From positions 25,724 through 89,723 of the forward strand of contig JACQZE010000014.1 in the NCBI GenBank assembly GCA_016207885.1: a stretch of DNA of 64,000 bases, given 5' to 3'. The stretch is from Nitrospirota bacterium (GTDB lineage Bacteria > Nitrospirota > Thermodesulfovibrionia > UBA6902). The translations under genes and the position numbers were made by a program. Of the stretch, positions 1 to 10,374 are shown piece by piece. The notes beneath the pieces are model-generated. The model worked only from the letters and a program-made list of their open reading frames with translations, was not told the DNA's origin and ran no database searches. The stretch's first letter is position 1. Each line of letters begins with the position of its first letter.

Positions 1-522
1 TTTCAGATCCATAACCGCAATAGGGTCTATACCGGCAAACGGCTCATCCAGAAGTATGAACAAAGGGTCTATGGCAAGGGCCCTTGCAATCTCCACCCTC
101 CGGCGCTCGCCTCCGGAAAGCTGGTATCCAAGCCTGTTTGCAAAAGGGGCAAGGTTGAATTCTTCCATTATGCCGCTCAGTTTTTGCTCTTTATTTTCAG
201 TATCTGTCATCTCAATGACAGCCCTGATATTGTTCTCAACGCTCAACTTTCTGAATATTGAGACCTCCTGGGGGAGGTAGCCGATCCCCTTTCTTGATCT
301 TTTATACATGGGGTATTTGCTCAGGTCTTCGCCGTCGAGATAGATGGAGCCGCTGTCCGGCTCAATAAGGCCGAGTATCATGTAGAATGAGGTTGTCTTG
401 CCGGCTCCGTTAGGCCCGAGAAGCCCCACCACTTCTCCTGAATTGATACTCATGGTTATTCCGGAAACAACGGGTTTGCCGCTATAGCTCTTTTTCAGCT
501 CTGTAATATCAAGAGTATGCAT
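1..522 (-). CDS. lptB: LPS export ABC transporter ATPase LptB (3' end cut by the window edge)
   Basis: Minus-strand translation from ATG at 522-520 reads MHTLDITELKKSYSGKPVV...GLLGPNGAGKTT (Walker A)...LSGGERRRVEIARALA (ABC signature)...LLDEPFAGIDP (Walker B). It lies directly downstream of lptC-lptA in the canonical order. Confidence 0.85.
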   Translation of the reverse strand, partial: MHTLDITELKKSYSGKPVVSGITMSINSGEVVGLLGPNGAGKTTSFYMILGLIEPDSGSIYLDGEDLSKYPMYKRSRKGIGYLPQEVSIFRKLSVENNIRAVIEMTDTENKEQKLSGIMEEFNLAPFANRLGYQLSGGERRRVEIARALAIDPLFILLDEPFAGIDPIAVMDLK

Positions 523-527
523 AATTA

Positions 528-1001
528 TTATTTCTTGTTTTTTATAAGCACCTTGCTGCCTTCTATGACAGCCCGGTCATCCTTGAGGAAATAGATTATT
601 CTGGTTCCTGTTATAGAGTTATCATTCTCAATGACCTTAGGGTTTCCGGTAAAGATGATCTTCTCTTCATCATCATATATATATTCCGCTTCTTCTGAAA
701 AGATCGACATACCCTCTTTCTGTACCCTGATATTTCCGGCTGCGTGTATTTTTGCTATCTTACTGTTCCCGTCACTGTAAAAAACGGTCATCTTATCAGC
801 AAAGATCTTGATATCCTGAGAGGTTGCAGCTACGGAGCCTTCAAATACGGCTGTATCATTTTTGTTGTCAGCGGTCAGTGTATCAGAGGTAATGACTATG
901 GGAGTGTCTTTTTTCAGGGAAGACGCGTGGGAGGCAAATACAGGAATAAAAAATATTGTAATCGCCAGAAATATTTTAACGGTAAAAGGTGCCTTTGACA
1001 T
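528..1001 (-). CDS. lptA: Periplasmic LPS transport protein LptA (OstA-like)
   Basis: 157-aa ORF with an N-terminal signal peptide (MSKAPFTVKIFLAITIFFIPVFASHA) and an OstA-type repetitive beta sequence. It sits between lptC and lptB. Confidence 0.7.
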   Translation of the reverse strand: MSKAPFTVKIFLAITIFFIPVFASHASSLKKDTPIVITSDTLTADNKNDTAVFEGSVAATSQDIKIFADKMTVFYSDGNSKIAKIHAAGNIRVQKEGMSIFSEEAEYIYDDEEKIIFTGNPKVIENDNSITGTRIIYFLKDDRAVIEGSKVLIKNKK

Positions 1002-1491
1002 TCTTAAGTATCCTTACCTTCTCTTGACTTACGTCAGCTACAAGCCCGGTTCCTTCAATTGTGAAATTATCACTTATAAATTCAACATCATCCGGAGCCG
1101 TTATCAGCCCCTCTTCGCTCTCCCATTTAAGCGAATCGGTTTTAAAGACCCCGTCTTTCAGTTTTATCTCTATCTTATCTTCTACAGCAAGGTCTTTCTT
1201 GTTTATATTATATATACCTTTCCCGCCGGTAATATATATGTCATGCCCGTCATGGATCTTCAGCTCAAGTGAATCAATAATGATATCTTTTTTGTCTTCC
1301 GGAAATGTCGCGTTCCTGGCAAACAGCTCCCATTTGAGCGCATTTCCATTTTTGTGGTTCAGGTGAATTCCACGCATTACAGAAGTATGGTATGAGGGGT
1401 TTATAATAATACTTTCTTCATTACTGCCCAGGAGGATTAAGATCCCAAGGGCTGATATTATTGATAATACAATAAAAAACTTACCCTTCAT
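976..1491 (-). CDS. lptC: LPS export protein LptC-like (membrane anchored)
   Basis: 171-aa ORF with a single N-terminal TM segment (FFIVLSIISALGILILLG) and an OstA-like body. It is first in the lptC-lptA-lptB order and overlaps the lptA start. Confidence 0.6.
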   Translation of the reverse strand: MKGKFFIVLSIISALGILILLGSNEESIIINPSYHTSVMRGIHLNHKNGNALKWELFARNATFPEDKKDIIIDSLELKIHDGHDIYITGGKGIYNINKKDLAVEDKIEIKLKDGVFKTDSLKWESEEGLITAPDDVEFISDNFTIEGTGLVADVSQEKVRILKNVKGTFYR

Positions 1492-1730
1492 TCTGCAGCT
1501 ATTCTATCATAGGGACTATGCCAAGTAAAGAGATTGGCAAGGAAAATGCTTACAAAAATCGAATTATTTCATAAAATTACGGCATATTAAATGAATACTC
1601 TTTATATATCAAAAACTATTAATGTTTTTTATTAATTTATAAAATATTTATGAGCACTTTTATTGCTTCTTTCTGTATAATAACCAGGATTTATTCCTCG
1701 AAGACATGAATTTTAAGGATCGATTATTAA

Positions 1731-3047
1731 ATGGTTAGAGCCGATACATTTGAAAGAGGGGTTCATCCCCATGACTCAAAAGGACTTACCGCAGGCAATC
1801 CAACTCAGAATGCCCGTTTGCCTAAAAGAGTGGTAATTCCTTTAAGCCAGCATATAGGCGCGCCTGCAAAGGCTGAGGTGAGCATCGGGGACGAGGTCAA
1901 AAAGTTCCAGATGATCGGCTCTGCGCCGGGTTTTGTATCCGCTCCTGTTCACGCTTCAATATCGGGCAAGGTCGTTGCAATAAGCGACTTTCTTCACCCT
2001 TCGGGCAGAATGGTCCAGTCTGTTGTGATAGAGAGCGATGAGAAAGACGAGGCTATCGCATTAGTTGATACCCCGGATTTCATGGCCCTTGGCGCAGATG
2101 AGATAAAGACACGCATAAAGGATGCGGGCATAGTCGGCCTCGGCGGGGCTGCTTTTCCAACCAATGTAAAGCTCTCTCCTCCAAAAGAGAAACCCATTGA
2201 TGTTGTAATCCTTAACGGTGCCGAATGCGAACCCTACCTTACCGCTGACCACAGGATCATGGTCGAGCAGCCCAAGTCTATTGTTAACGGGCTTAAGCTG
2301 ATAATGAAGGCGGTCGGCGTTACAAAGGGTTATATAGGAATAGAGAAGAACAAGCCTGATGCGATCGAGGCGATGAAAAAGGCATCAGAGGGTGAGCCGG
2401 GCATAGAGGTCAGGCCGCTTACAGTGAAGTATCCGCAGGGCGCTGAAAAGATGCTGATCAAGGCTATCACCGGCAGGGAGGTTCCCGGAAAAGGCGGCCT
2501 TCCGATGGATGTCGGCGCTGTTGTGCAGAATGTCGGCACAGCGCTTGCCGTATATGATGCGGTTCGCTTTGGCAAGCCCCTTATTGAGAGAATAGTCACG
2601 GTAACGGGCAAAGGCGTTAAGGAGCAGAAGAACCTCATGGTCCGCATAGGAACGCTTGTATCAGAGATAATTAAAGACTGCGGCGGCCTTTCCGAGGGCG
2701 CTGTCAAAGTTATAAGCGGCGGCCCTATGATGGGTTTTGCCCAGTGGGACCTTGATGTGCCTGTGGTCAAAGGCACTTCAGGCATACTTGTGCAGAGCGA
2801 AGATGAGTTCATATCAACTGATGAGTATTCGGCCTGTATAAGATGCGGCCGCTGCATAGATGTCTGCCCCATGGGACTCAACCCTTCGATGATAAGCATT
2901 CTTTCCGAGAAGGGGCGTTATGAAGAGACAAAGGATTACAACCTCTTTGACTGCTTTGAATGCGGGTCATGCGCTTTTGTATGTCCGTCAAAGAGGCCGA
3001 TGGTTCAGTTCGTCAGGCTTGCTAAATCACAGACCAAACCCGGCTAA
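1731..3047 (+). CDS. rnfC: Rnf electron-transport complex subunit C
   Basis: 438 aa. Has a GLGGAAFPT nucleotide-binding-type motif and two C-terminal CxxCxxCxxxCP ferredoxin motifs (CIRCGRCIDVCP, CFECGSCAFVCP). It is the first gene of an rnfCDGEAB array. Confidence 0.9.
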   Translation: MVRADTFERGVHPHDSKGLTAGNPTQNARLPKRVVIPLSQHIGAPAKAEVSIGDEVKKFQMIGSAPGFVSAPVHASISGKVVAISDFLHPSGRMVQSVVIESDEKDEAIALVDTPDFMALGADEIKTRIKDAGIVGLGGAAFPTNVKLSPPKEKPIDVVILNGAECEPYLTADHRIMVEQPKSIVNGLKLIMKAVGVTKGYIGIEKNKPDAIEAMKKASEGEPGIEVRPLTVKYPQGAEKMLIKAITGREVPGKGGLPMDVGAVVQNVGTALAVYDAVRFGKPLIERIVTVTGKGVKEQKNLMVRIGTLVSEIIKDCGGLSEGAVKVISGGPMMGFAQWDLDVPVVKGTSGILVQSEDEFISTDEYSACIRCGRCIDVCPMGLNPSMISILSEKGRYEETKDYNLFDCFECGSCAFVCPSKRPMVQFVRLAKSQTKPG

Positions 3048-3079
3048 ACAAGTTTAAGATTGACAATTAAAAGGTAAAG

Positions 3080-4105
3080 ATGTCGGAAGAGAACAAAGAT
3101 AAAAAATTGATCGTATCGGTCAGCCCTCATGTCAGGGATGAGGAGTCTGTATCAAAGATAATGTGGAGCGTCAACTTTGCGCTCTTCCCGGCGCTTATAG
3201 CCTCGTTCTACTACTTCGGCCCGAGGGCGATGTTTGTAACCGCTCTATGTATCGGTTCTTCAGTAGGTTTTGAATATATCTACCAGAGGTCTCTAAATAA
3301 GAAGATATCAGTGCAGGACGGCAGCGCATTCCTGACCGGTCTTCTCCTTGCGATGAACCTTCCGCCTGACCTTCCTTTTTACATTCCCATAGTCGGTTCG
3401 TTTGTAGCTGTAGTAATTGTAAAACAGCTCTTCGGCGGACTCGGATATAATGTCTTTAACCCCGCACTTATAGGAAGGGCCTTCTTGTTGATCGCCTGGA
3501 CAAAATACATGACCGTATGGAAAGAGCCTACTGCCGCGTTTGCTGCTCTTGATGCCAAGACCACTGCAACCCCTCTGGGGATATTAAAGGAAGAAGGCAT
3601 ATCAAAGCTCATTGAGGCGTTCGGAACAAAAAGCGACCTGTACATGAGCCTTTTTACGGGCCACAGGGCAGGGTCTCTCGGCGAGACCTCAGTAATATTT
3701 CTCCTTATCGGCGCTCTTTATCTCCTATACAAGAAGTATATAACCTGGCACATACCGGTCTCTTTTATGGCGACAGTCGGCCTGCTTGCCTGGGCGTTTG
3801 GCGGCAAAAGCGGATTGTTTTCCGGCGACCCCGTTATTCATATGATGAGCGGCGGCCTGGTGCTCGGCGCCTTCTTTATGGCTACTGACTATGTAACATG
3901 CCCAACCATAAGAAAAGGGCAGATAATCTTCGGTATAGGCTGCGGTGCGTTGACCATTCTCATACGTTTGAAAGGCGGCTATCCTGAAGGCGTCATGTTC
4001 GCGATACTGCTTATGAACTGTTTTGCCCCTCTTATAGACAGGGGTGTAAAACCTGACCTCTTCGGGGCGGTCAAGAAGAAAAAAGGCACGGAAGAGAAGA
4101 AATGA
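3080..4105 (+). CDS. rnfD: Rnf complex subunit D (polytopic, flavinylated type)
   Basis: 341-aa polytopic membrane ORF of NqrB/RnfD type, including a TTATPLG motif. Position follows rnfC. Confidence 0.9.
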   Translation: MSEENKDKKLIVSVSPHVRDEESVSKIMWSVNFALFPALIASFYYFGPRAMFVTALCIGSSVGFEYIYQRSLNKKISVQDGSAFLTGLLLAMNLPPDLPFYIPIVGSFVAVVIVKQLFGGLGYNVFNPALIGRAFLLIAWTKYMTVWKEPTAAFAALDAKTTATPLGILKEEGISKLIEAFGTKSDLYMSLFTGHRAGSLGETSVIFLLIGALYLLYKKYITWHIPVSFMATVGLLAWAFGGKSGLFSGDPVIHMMSGGLVLGAFFMATDYVTCPTIRKGQIIFGIGCGALTILIRLKGGYPEGVMFAILLMNCFAPLIDRGVKPDLFGAVKKKKGTEEKK

Positions 4106-4761
4106 AACCTGTAGAGATCATAAAGATAGCCTTTAACCTTGCTGTTGTCTATGTAATAGGCGGGTTATTGATCGCGGTTATATATGCTTATACATCTCCT
4201 GTAAAATTCCAGAAAGAGAAAGAGGAGAAAGAGGCGGCGCTTCAGACGATGATGCCTGAGGCAGATCAGGTTGAGGAATTGGGAATGTGGGAACCGCATC
4301 ATAAACATTCTGAATACTATGCCGCGAGAAAATGCGGAGAAGTAAAGATTGAAAAGGCAACTGATGAAAAGACCGGCAAGCCCAGGGAAATAAAAAGATG
4401 CATAAACGGCACGGATATCGGATATATTGCCGAGAGCTACGGCAAAGGCTATTCCAGCTATATACATGTTTTTGTTTCACTGGGCAATGATCTTCTTGTC
4501 AAGAAAGTAAAGATCCTCGGGCACAAAGAGACCCCCGGGCTTGGTGATGAGGTAGAAAAAGATTATTTTCTTGACCAGTTTGTCGGAAAGGATTCCGACG
4601 GCCTTATTGTTGTAAAGACAGAGACTGACAAGAATATTCAGGCGATAACAGGAGCCACCATATCAAGCCGCGCAGTGGCTGAAGACGCTGTGAGAAATGC
4701 GGTTAATATGCTCAAGGAGAAATTGGGTTCCGGACACAATTCAGGCGAGGTGGAGAAATGA
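4102..4761 (+). CDS. rnfG: Rnf complex subunit G (FMN-binding)
   Basis: 219 aa with an N-terminal TM and the FMN attachment-type motif ITGATISSRAV. It overlaps rnfD by 4 bp. Confidence 0.88.
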   Translation: MKPVEIIKIAFNLAVVYVIGGLLIAVIYAYTSPVKFQKEKEEKEAALQTMMPEADQVEELGMWEPHHKHSEYYAARKCGEVKIEKATDEKTGKPREIKRCINGTDIGYIAESYGKGYSSYIHVFVSLGNDLLVKKVKILGHKETPGLGDEVEKDYFLDQFVGKDSDGLIVVKTETDKNIQAITGATISSRAVAEDAVRNAVNMLKEKLGSGHNSGEVEK

Positions 4762-5387
4762 GCCATGTTCGTGTAAAGAGCAACTGGGAACTTCTGAAGA
4801 ACGGCGTATTCGGCGAGAACACCATCTTCCGGATGGCTATCAGCCTGTGCCCTGCGATCGCTGTTACAAGCAGCCTTAAGACCGGTTTTGCATTAGGGGT
4901 TTCTGTCGTATTTGTCCAGACGATGGTCAATGTCACTGTGTCAGCCATCAGAAACTTCATACATCCGAAGATACGTATCCCGATATTCATGTTCATAATT
5001 GCAGGTTACGTCACTATTATAGATATGACCATGTCCACTTACTTCAGGGATATATATAAGGTGATAGGGCTTTATATTCAGATAATTGTCGCTTTCGCCT
5101 CGATCTTTGCGAGGGCCGAGGTCTTTGCCAGCAAGAATAAGATGTCAAAGGCGTTCTTCGACGGGCTCGGAAGCGGATTGGGCTTTCTTGTGGCCATGCT
5201 GGTCATCAGTTTCTTCAGGGAGCTGATCGGAAAGGGATCACTCTTCGGCTTTCCGATCGTTGACGGCAAACCGCTGCTCATTATGGTATTGCCCGCAGGC
5301 GGCTTTCTCGCGGTTGGTGTTCTAATGGCGTTTTTCAACTGGGTTGATATAAGATTTTTCGGCGGCAAAGGCGCCTCCGGAGTATAA
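4758..5387 (+). CDS. rnfE: Rnf complex subunit E
   Basis: 209-aa six-TM-type ORF, paralogous to the following rnfA. It overlaps rnfG by 4 bp. Confidence 0.88.
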   Translation: MSHVRVKSNWELLKNGVFGENTIFRMAISLCPAIAVTSSLKTGFALGVSVVFVQTMVNVTVSAIRNFIHPKIRIPIFMFIIAGYVTIIDMTMSTYFRDIYKVIGLYIQIIVAFASIFARAEVFASKNKMSKAFFDGLGSGLGFLVAMLVISFFRELIGKGSLFGFPIVDGKPLLIMVLPAGGFLAVGVLMAFFNWVDIRFFGGKGASGV

Positions 5388-5407
5388 GGATTCAGGAGAT
5401 ATAAATT

Positions 5408-5995
5408 ATGGACTTTGGAAAACTCTTTCAGCTGATCATCGCATCATCATTGATCAATAATTTTGTCTTTACCATGTTTCTCGGCCTCTGCATCTTCTTC
5501 GGCGTGTCAAAGAAGATGGAGACTGCGATAGGCATGAGCATTACGTTCACATGTGTCATGGTGGTCAGCGCCGCATTAAGCTGGCTCATCTTCTTCTATA
5601 TAATGATCCCCCTTGATATAGCCTTTCTAAAGATCATGATATTCATAGGTGTTGTTGCATCGTTTGTTCAGTCCGCGGATATAATCATGAAGAAGGTCAG
5701 CCCGGCCTTATATTACAAGCTTGGTGTTTACCTTGCATTGATAACTACGAACTGTATCATACTTGCGGTTCCTCTGATGAGCGCTGACCATGGTTACACT
5801 TTTCTTGAGACGATCGCGTTCGGGCTCGGTTCAGGGCTCGGGTTTGCGCTTGCCTTGATCATAATGGCGAGCATACGTGAAAAACTGGAGCTTGCGGATG
5901 TGCCGGCTCCATTCAGAGGTCTGCCCATAGCGTTTGTTCTTGCGGGGCTTATATCGCTTGCGTTCATGGGGTTCTCGGGATTAATTACACTGTAG
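5408..5995 (+). CDS. rnfA: Rnf complex subunit A
   Basis: 195-aa polytopic ORF of NqrE/RnfA type, positioned between rnfE and rnfB. Confidence 0.88.
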   Translation: MDFGKLFQLIIASSLINNFVFTMFLGLCIFFGVSKKMETAIGMSITFTCVMVVSAALSWLIFFYIMIPLDIAFLKIMIFIGVVASFVQSADIIMKKVSPALYYKLGVYLALITTNCIILAVPLMSADHGYTFLETIAFGLGSGLGFALALIIMASIREKLELADVPAPFRGLPIAFVLAGLISLAFMGFSGLITL

Positions 5996-6007
5996 CTGTC
6001 AGATACT

Positions 6008-7240
6008 ATGAATTTAAAGTTTGACATAAAAAAATATATGTATAATTTCAACGTTACAGAAAAAAGAACCGTATTCATATTAACTTCTGCTCTTCTGCTC
6101 TTCTGCTCTTCCACGCTTTACGCTGGTGTCGGCGGAGGCGTAGAGGCCAAGGAATTTGTTGATATCGGTTCAGTGCTCAAGTTCTCCGCTGTCTTTCTGC
6201 TCGGGATAGGCACTCTCTTCGGGCTTGGGCTTGCCTTTGCCGCAAAAAAGTTTGATGTAAAGACCGACCCGAGGGTCGAGGAGATTCTCGAAGTCCTTGC
6301 GCACGCGCACTGCGGAGCATGCGGTTATCCCGGCTGCCGCCAGTATGCTGAGGCCGTCATTTCAAACCCGGATGTCCCGCCAAATCTCTGTACCCCCGGC
6401 GGTGCGCCTTGCGCTGCTGCTGCTGCTGCAATATCAGGGAAGGCTGCTGAGATAACTGAGCCGAAGATCGCCAGGGTTCTTTGCAACGGCGATGCGTCAA
6501 AGTCATCACGAAGGTTCCAATATGAAGGGATAAGAGACTGCAAGGCGGCTGTGCTTGCAAGCGGTGGAGATAAATCATGTGTCTACGGCTGTCTCGGTTA
6601 TGGAACATGTTTCAGGGCATGTCCTTTCGGCGCGATAACCATGAGTGAAGAGAATCTGCCCATTATAAACCCTGTAAAGTGTACGGCATGCGGAAAATGC
6701 GCAAAGGCCTGCCCGAAACAGATCATTTCCATACTGCCTGTTTCAAAAGAGGTGCTTGTTACATGCCGTTCAAAGGACAAGGGCGCTGACACAAAGAGGA
6801 ACTGCAGGGTCGGCTGTATCGGATGCGGAATGTGCGTAAAGGTATGCCCGTATGACGCGCCTTCAATTACGAATAACCTTTCTGTTATTGATATCGACAA
6901 GTGCAAGGTCTGCGGCTTATGCGTAATAAAGTGCCCGACAGATGCTATAGTTGATAACCTCCCTTTCAGGCCGAAAGCGCTGATTACTGAAAAATGCATC
7001 GGCTGCGGCATCTGCGCAAAGGTCTGTCCGGTTAATGCCGCTTCAGGCGAGCCGAAGAAGCTGCATGTCATTGATCAGGACAAGTGCATCGGCTGCGGCA
7101 TATGCACATCGAAGTGTCCTACGCTTGCCATAGAAGGAACGATCAACTACTCTGAGATCGCGCTTGAGTTTGAGGCGAAAAAGGCTGCCCGTGAAAAGGC
7201 AAAGGCTGAAAAAGCTCAGCAAGAAACTGCCGGAGCTTAA
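6008..7240 (+). CDS. rnfB: Rnf complex subunit B, extended polyferredoxin form
   Basis: 410 aa with an N-terminal hydrophobic segment and a CGACGYPGC motif. Five canonical CxxCxxCxxxCP motifs plus one variant (CVYGCLGYGTCFRACP) follow. The true start may lie downstream of 6008. Confidence 0.85.
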   Translation: MNLKFDIKKYMYNFNVTEKRTVFILTSALLLFCSSTLYAGVGGGVEAKEFVDIGSVLKFSAVFLLGIGTLFGLGLAFAAKKFDVKTDPRVEEILEVLAHAHCGACGYPGCRQYAEAVISNPDVPPNLCTPGGAPCAAAAAAISGKAAEITEPKIARVLCNGDASKSSRRFQYEGIRDCKAAVLASGGDKSCVYGCLGYGTCFRACPFGAITMSEENLPIINPVKCTACGKCAKACPKQIISILPVSKEVLVTCRSKDKGADTKRNCRVGCIGCGMCVKVCPYDAPSITNNLSVIDIDKCKVCGLCVIKCPTDAIVDNLPFRPKALITEKCIGCGICAKVCPVNAASGEPKKLHVIDQDKCIGCGICTSKCPTLAIEGTINYSEIALEFEAKKAAREKAKAEKAQQETAGA

Positions 7241-7373
7241 TATCCCCTACGTTAATACCTCGCAATTTCAGTAAAAACCCATCAGCTTGACCTCAGTTTT
7301 ATATGTGATAGACTTTAAATGTTGCTTTGAGTTTATCCCTATAATTTAAATTGATTCTGCCGATGTTATTGAA

Positions 7374-8954
7374 ATGAACAGCAATTTCTTCAGACAAAAC
7401 AAGGTATTGATATCGGTAGTTTTCACACTGTTTCTTATTGTGGGTTCGGTTGTCTTTATTACTGCTAAGCAGATATATGAGCTTGAGATAACACTTGAGG
7501 AAAAGAACGATAAGGCACGCCTCGAGACTGCGAAAGAGGTGTTGGAGATATTCTTTGCAGGTTTAGCCCGCCAGCTTTTATTTCTTAAGGATATTCCTGT
7601 TACAAGAGCATATGTTGACAGCGGCTTCACATCTTTTCTGAAGAGAGATGAGGTGCTGGGCGCGTTTCATGTCCTGACATTAAACTATCCTTACCTCTAC
7701 CGGATAAGCATTATTGATCCGGCAAATAATGAAATGGTAAAGGTAGAAAATGATCATGACGGGCACCACGCGGTTGCTGCTGACGGCGGCGCTTATAATA
7801 TAATCCCTCTCAATTATATTAACTATCCCTCGGATATGAAAGCAGGCGATGTATATGTCTCTTCCGTAAACCTGAATGCTGAACAAAATGCAGGAGTGGT
7901 GACTTATATCCCGTCCATTGACCTGGCGACTCCTCTTTTTGATTCAAAAGGCGCAAGAAAGGGGTTTCTCGTCATTAATATCTTTCTTTCAAAGGTATTC
8001 AGCCAAATGCCGGAAGATATTTTTCTGAATACAGAAGAGGGCGATATCATCTCATTCAGGCCTGACGGCACACTTGAATTCGATAAGTCCAAATTTACAT
8101 TCGTCGGCAGGCAGGGCAAACTCGATATCTCTGGAAAAGAGAGCATACATTACCTTACCGCTGATATCCTTTCGATAAGAAAAATACTGCTTGGCAATAA
8201 ACATGACCTTTCATTGTTCAGGGCATCCATGATAGGGCTTGCCATGCCGCCCGCCTCGCTTGTTCTTCTCTTTATCTCTCTTATCGGCCTTGTCGCGTAT
8301 TTGAATGTTTCGAGGTATAAAGAGCTTGTTTTATCCCAGAAGACACTGATACATTCTCTTGCCGACCTTACAGAATACAGGGATAACGATACCGGTTATC
8401 ATTTAAAAAGGACAAAACATTACGCTATTGCCTTGACGAGGCAGCTGCGGAAGAATAATAAGTACCGTAATGTAATTACTGAAGAATTCATTCAGGATAT
8501 TGCCGATGCCTCGCCGCTGCATGATATCGGGAAGGTCGGAATAAAGGACGCCATATTGTTGAAACCCGGGAAGCTGACCGATGAAGAATACGAGAAGATG
8601 AAAAAACATGTTTATATAGGGAAAGATGTGCTTGACAGGGATCTTGATGAGTTTAAAACAAAACAGTCATTCCTGATCATGGGCAGGAATATTTGCGCGT
8701 ACCATCATGAAAAATACGACGGCACCGGTTATATCGGTTTAAAAGGAGAAAAGATACCTTTGGAAGCCAGGATATTCGCTCTGTGTGACGCCTATGACGC
8801 GATAAGGGCTTCAAGGCCTTATGAGGGCGAGGTGCCGCATGAGAAAGCTGTTGAAAGAATAATGGCAGACAGAGGCAAACACTTTGATCCGGATATTGTG
8901 GATGCCTTTATGAAATGCAGTACCGGGTTTTTTGAAATAAGCAACAGCTGCTGA
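7374..8954 (+). CDS. Membrane-anchored sensor with C-terminal HD-GYP-type phosphodiesterase domain (GYP replaced by GYI)
   Basis: 526 aa with two TM segments flanking an extracytoplasmic region of about 270 aa. The C-terminal domain carries HDIGKVGI and HHEKYDGTGYIGL. Confidence 0.75.
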   Translation: MNSNFFRQNKVLISVVFTLFLIVGSVVFITAKQIYELEITLEEKNDKARLETAKEVLEIFFAGLARQLLFLKDIPVTRAYVDSGFTSFLKRDEVLGAFHVLTLNYPYLYRISIIDPANNEMVKVENDHDGHHAVAADGGAYNIIPLNYINYPSDMKAGDVYVSSVNLNAEQNAGVVTYIPSIDLATPLFDSKGARKGFLVINIFLSKVFSQMPEDIFLNTEEGDIISFRPDGTLEFDKSKFTFVGRQGKLDISGKESIHYLTADILSIRKILLGNKHDLSLFRASMIGLAMPPASLVLLFISLIGLVAYLNVSRYKELVLSQKTLIHSLADLTEYRDNDTGYHLKRTKHYAIALTRQLRKNNKYRNVITEEFIQDIADASPLHDIGKVGIKDAILLKPGKLTDEEYEKMKKHVYIGKDVLDRDLDEFKTKQSFLIMGRNICAYHHEKYDGTGYIGLKGEKIPLEARIFALCDAYDAIRASRPYEGEVPHEKAVERIMADRGKHFDPDIVDAFMKCSTGFFEISNSC

Positions 8955-9043
8955 AGACGGCCTTCAATCCGCAGGCATATCATTTCTCTTTCCTGTTGTT
9001 TATGCTAAAATTTTCAATCGCATTTCATTGATGGAGGACTTTC

Positions 9044-10300
9044 ATGGATATTAAGGCATATGTATTAAATAAAGCGCATGAGGCAAAGGAAGGGTCGAGG
9101 GCTATTGCAAAGGCATCTTCTGAAGTAAAGAACAAGGCTCTGATAAAGATGGCAGAGGCCATCCTGAAAAGTTCAAAAGGGCTTCAGGCCGCGAATAAGA
9201 AAGATGTCGCAGCCGCAAAAAAGAAGGGGCTTTCAAAGGCCATGATTGACAGGCTCACACTGACGCAAAAGGGGATAGAGCAGATGGCGCAGGGGCTTGT
9301 TGAGATAGCGGCACTGCCTGACCCTTCAGGTGAGATACTCAAGATGCAGACAAGGCCGAACGGGATGATGGTCGGCAAGATGAGGGTTCCTATCGGCGTG
9401 ATAGCTATCATCTATGAATCAAGGCCCAATGTGACAGCGGATGCTACCGCGCTCTGCCTAAAGGCGGGCAATGCGGTCGTGCTCAGGGGCGGCTCCGAGG
9501 CGATCCACTCCAACACCGCTATCGTGAAGGTGCTCAGAGGCGCCATAAAATCTCAGGGCATACATCAGGGCGTCATAACATTCATAAATACTCCTGACAG
9601 GCAGGCTGTAATGGAGATGCTCAAGCTTGAGGGGATAATAGACCTTGTCATTCCGCGCGGAGGAGAGAGCCTCATAAGGGCTGTTACCGAAAACTCGCGT
9701 ATCCCGGTGCTCAAACATTACAAGGGAGTCTGCCATGTATTTGTTGACCGTGACGCAGACCTTAAGATGGCTGAGGAGATATGCTTTAACGCCAAGGTGC
9801 AGCGTCCCGCTACATGCAACGCAATGGAGACGATGCTTGTGGATGAGATGATCGCGGAAAAGTTTCTCCCTTCCATGATAAGGAGGTTCAAGAAGGGAGG
9901 GGTCAAGCTTAAGGGCGATGAGGCTTCAAGAAAATATGACAAAACTATTTCACTTGCTGCAGAGAATGATTACCACACTGAATACATCGACAAGATAATG
10001 AACATAAAGATAGTGAAAGACATCGATGCCGCGATGGACCATATCGCAAAGTACAGCTCTGCGCATACTGATTCAATAGTCACTGAGGACTATAACAAGG
10101 CGATGAGGTTTCTAAAAGAGGTGGACTCTTCCTCTGTAATGGTGAATGTATCAACAAGGTTCAGCGACGGCTTTCAGTACGGACTCGGCGCTGAGATGGG
10201 CATATCAACCGACAAGATACACGCGCGCGGCCCCATGGGGCTTGAGGAGCTGACCTGCACGAAGTTCATTGTAATGGGTAATGGGCAGGTAAGAACCTGA
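9044..10300 (+). CDS. proA: Gamma-glutamyl phosphate reductase
   Basis: 418 aa, aldehyde-dehydrogenase-like sequence with YESRPNVT and LRGGSEA motifs typical of ProA. A GGAGGA RBS lies upstream. Confidence 0.9.
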   Translation: MDIKAYVLNKAHEAKEGSRAIAKASSEVKNKALIKMAEAILKSSKGLQAANKKDVAAAKKKGLSKAMIDRLTLTQKGIEQMAQGLVEIAALPDPSGEILKMQTRPNGMMVGKMRVPIGVIAIIYESRPNVTADATALCLKAGNAVVLRGGSEAIHSNTAIVKVLRGAIKSQGIHQGVITFINTPDRQAVMEMLKLEGIIDLVIPRGGESLIRAVTENSRIPVLKHYKGVCHVFVDRDADLKMAEEICFNAKVQRPATCNAMETMLVDEMIAEKFLPSMIRRFKKGGVKLKGDEASRKYDKTISLAAENDYHTEYIDKIMNIKIVKDIDAAMDHIAKYSSAHTDSIVTEDYNKAMRFLKEVDSSSVMVNVSTRFSDGFQYGLGAEMGISTDKIHARGPMGLEELTCTKFIVMGNGQVRT

Positions 10301-10307
10301 GAAAGCT

Positions 10308-10374
10308 AAAAGGTGCAATTCACAAGTCATGAAGATCGGTATATTCGGCGGCGCGTTCAATCCTGTTCACTATG
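10308..10374. repeat. Left copy of the 67-bp direct repeat (nadD RBS plus first 46 nt of nadD)
   Basis: Aligns without gaps to 12324-12390 at a constant offset of 2016 bp. The last 47 nt (10328-10374) are identical and the first 20 nt carry 5 mismatches. Confidence 0.95.

Noticed and set aside
744-1366. Plus-strand ORFs (744-998, 862-1272, 1061-1366) across the lptA/lptC region.
   Set aside because: They are antisense to the lptA/lptC genes, which are supported by signal/anchor sequences and conserved gene order. They carry no motifs.
2330-2899. Long antisense ORFs inside well-supported genes: 2330-2899 in rnfC, 6598-7071 in rnfB, 17565-18155 and 18673-19200 in the kinase/regulators, 30461-30991 in the PrsR-like gene, and 21575-21958 in hydB.
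   Set aside because: They overlap strongly motif-supported genes on the opposite strand, have low-complexity or Ser/Pro/Arg-rich compositions typical of shadow frames, and show no recognisable motifs or RBS.
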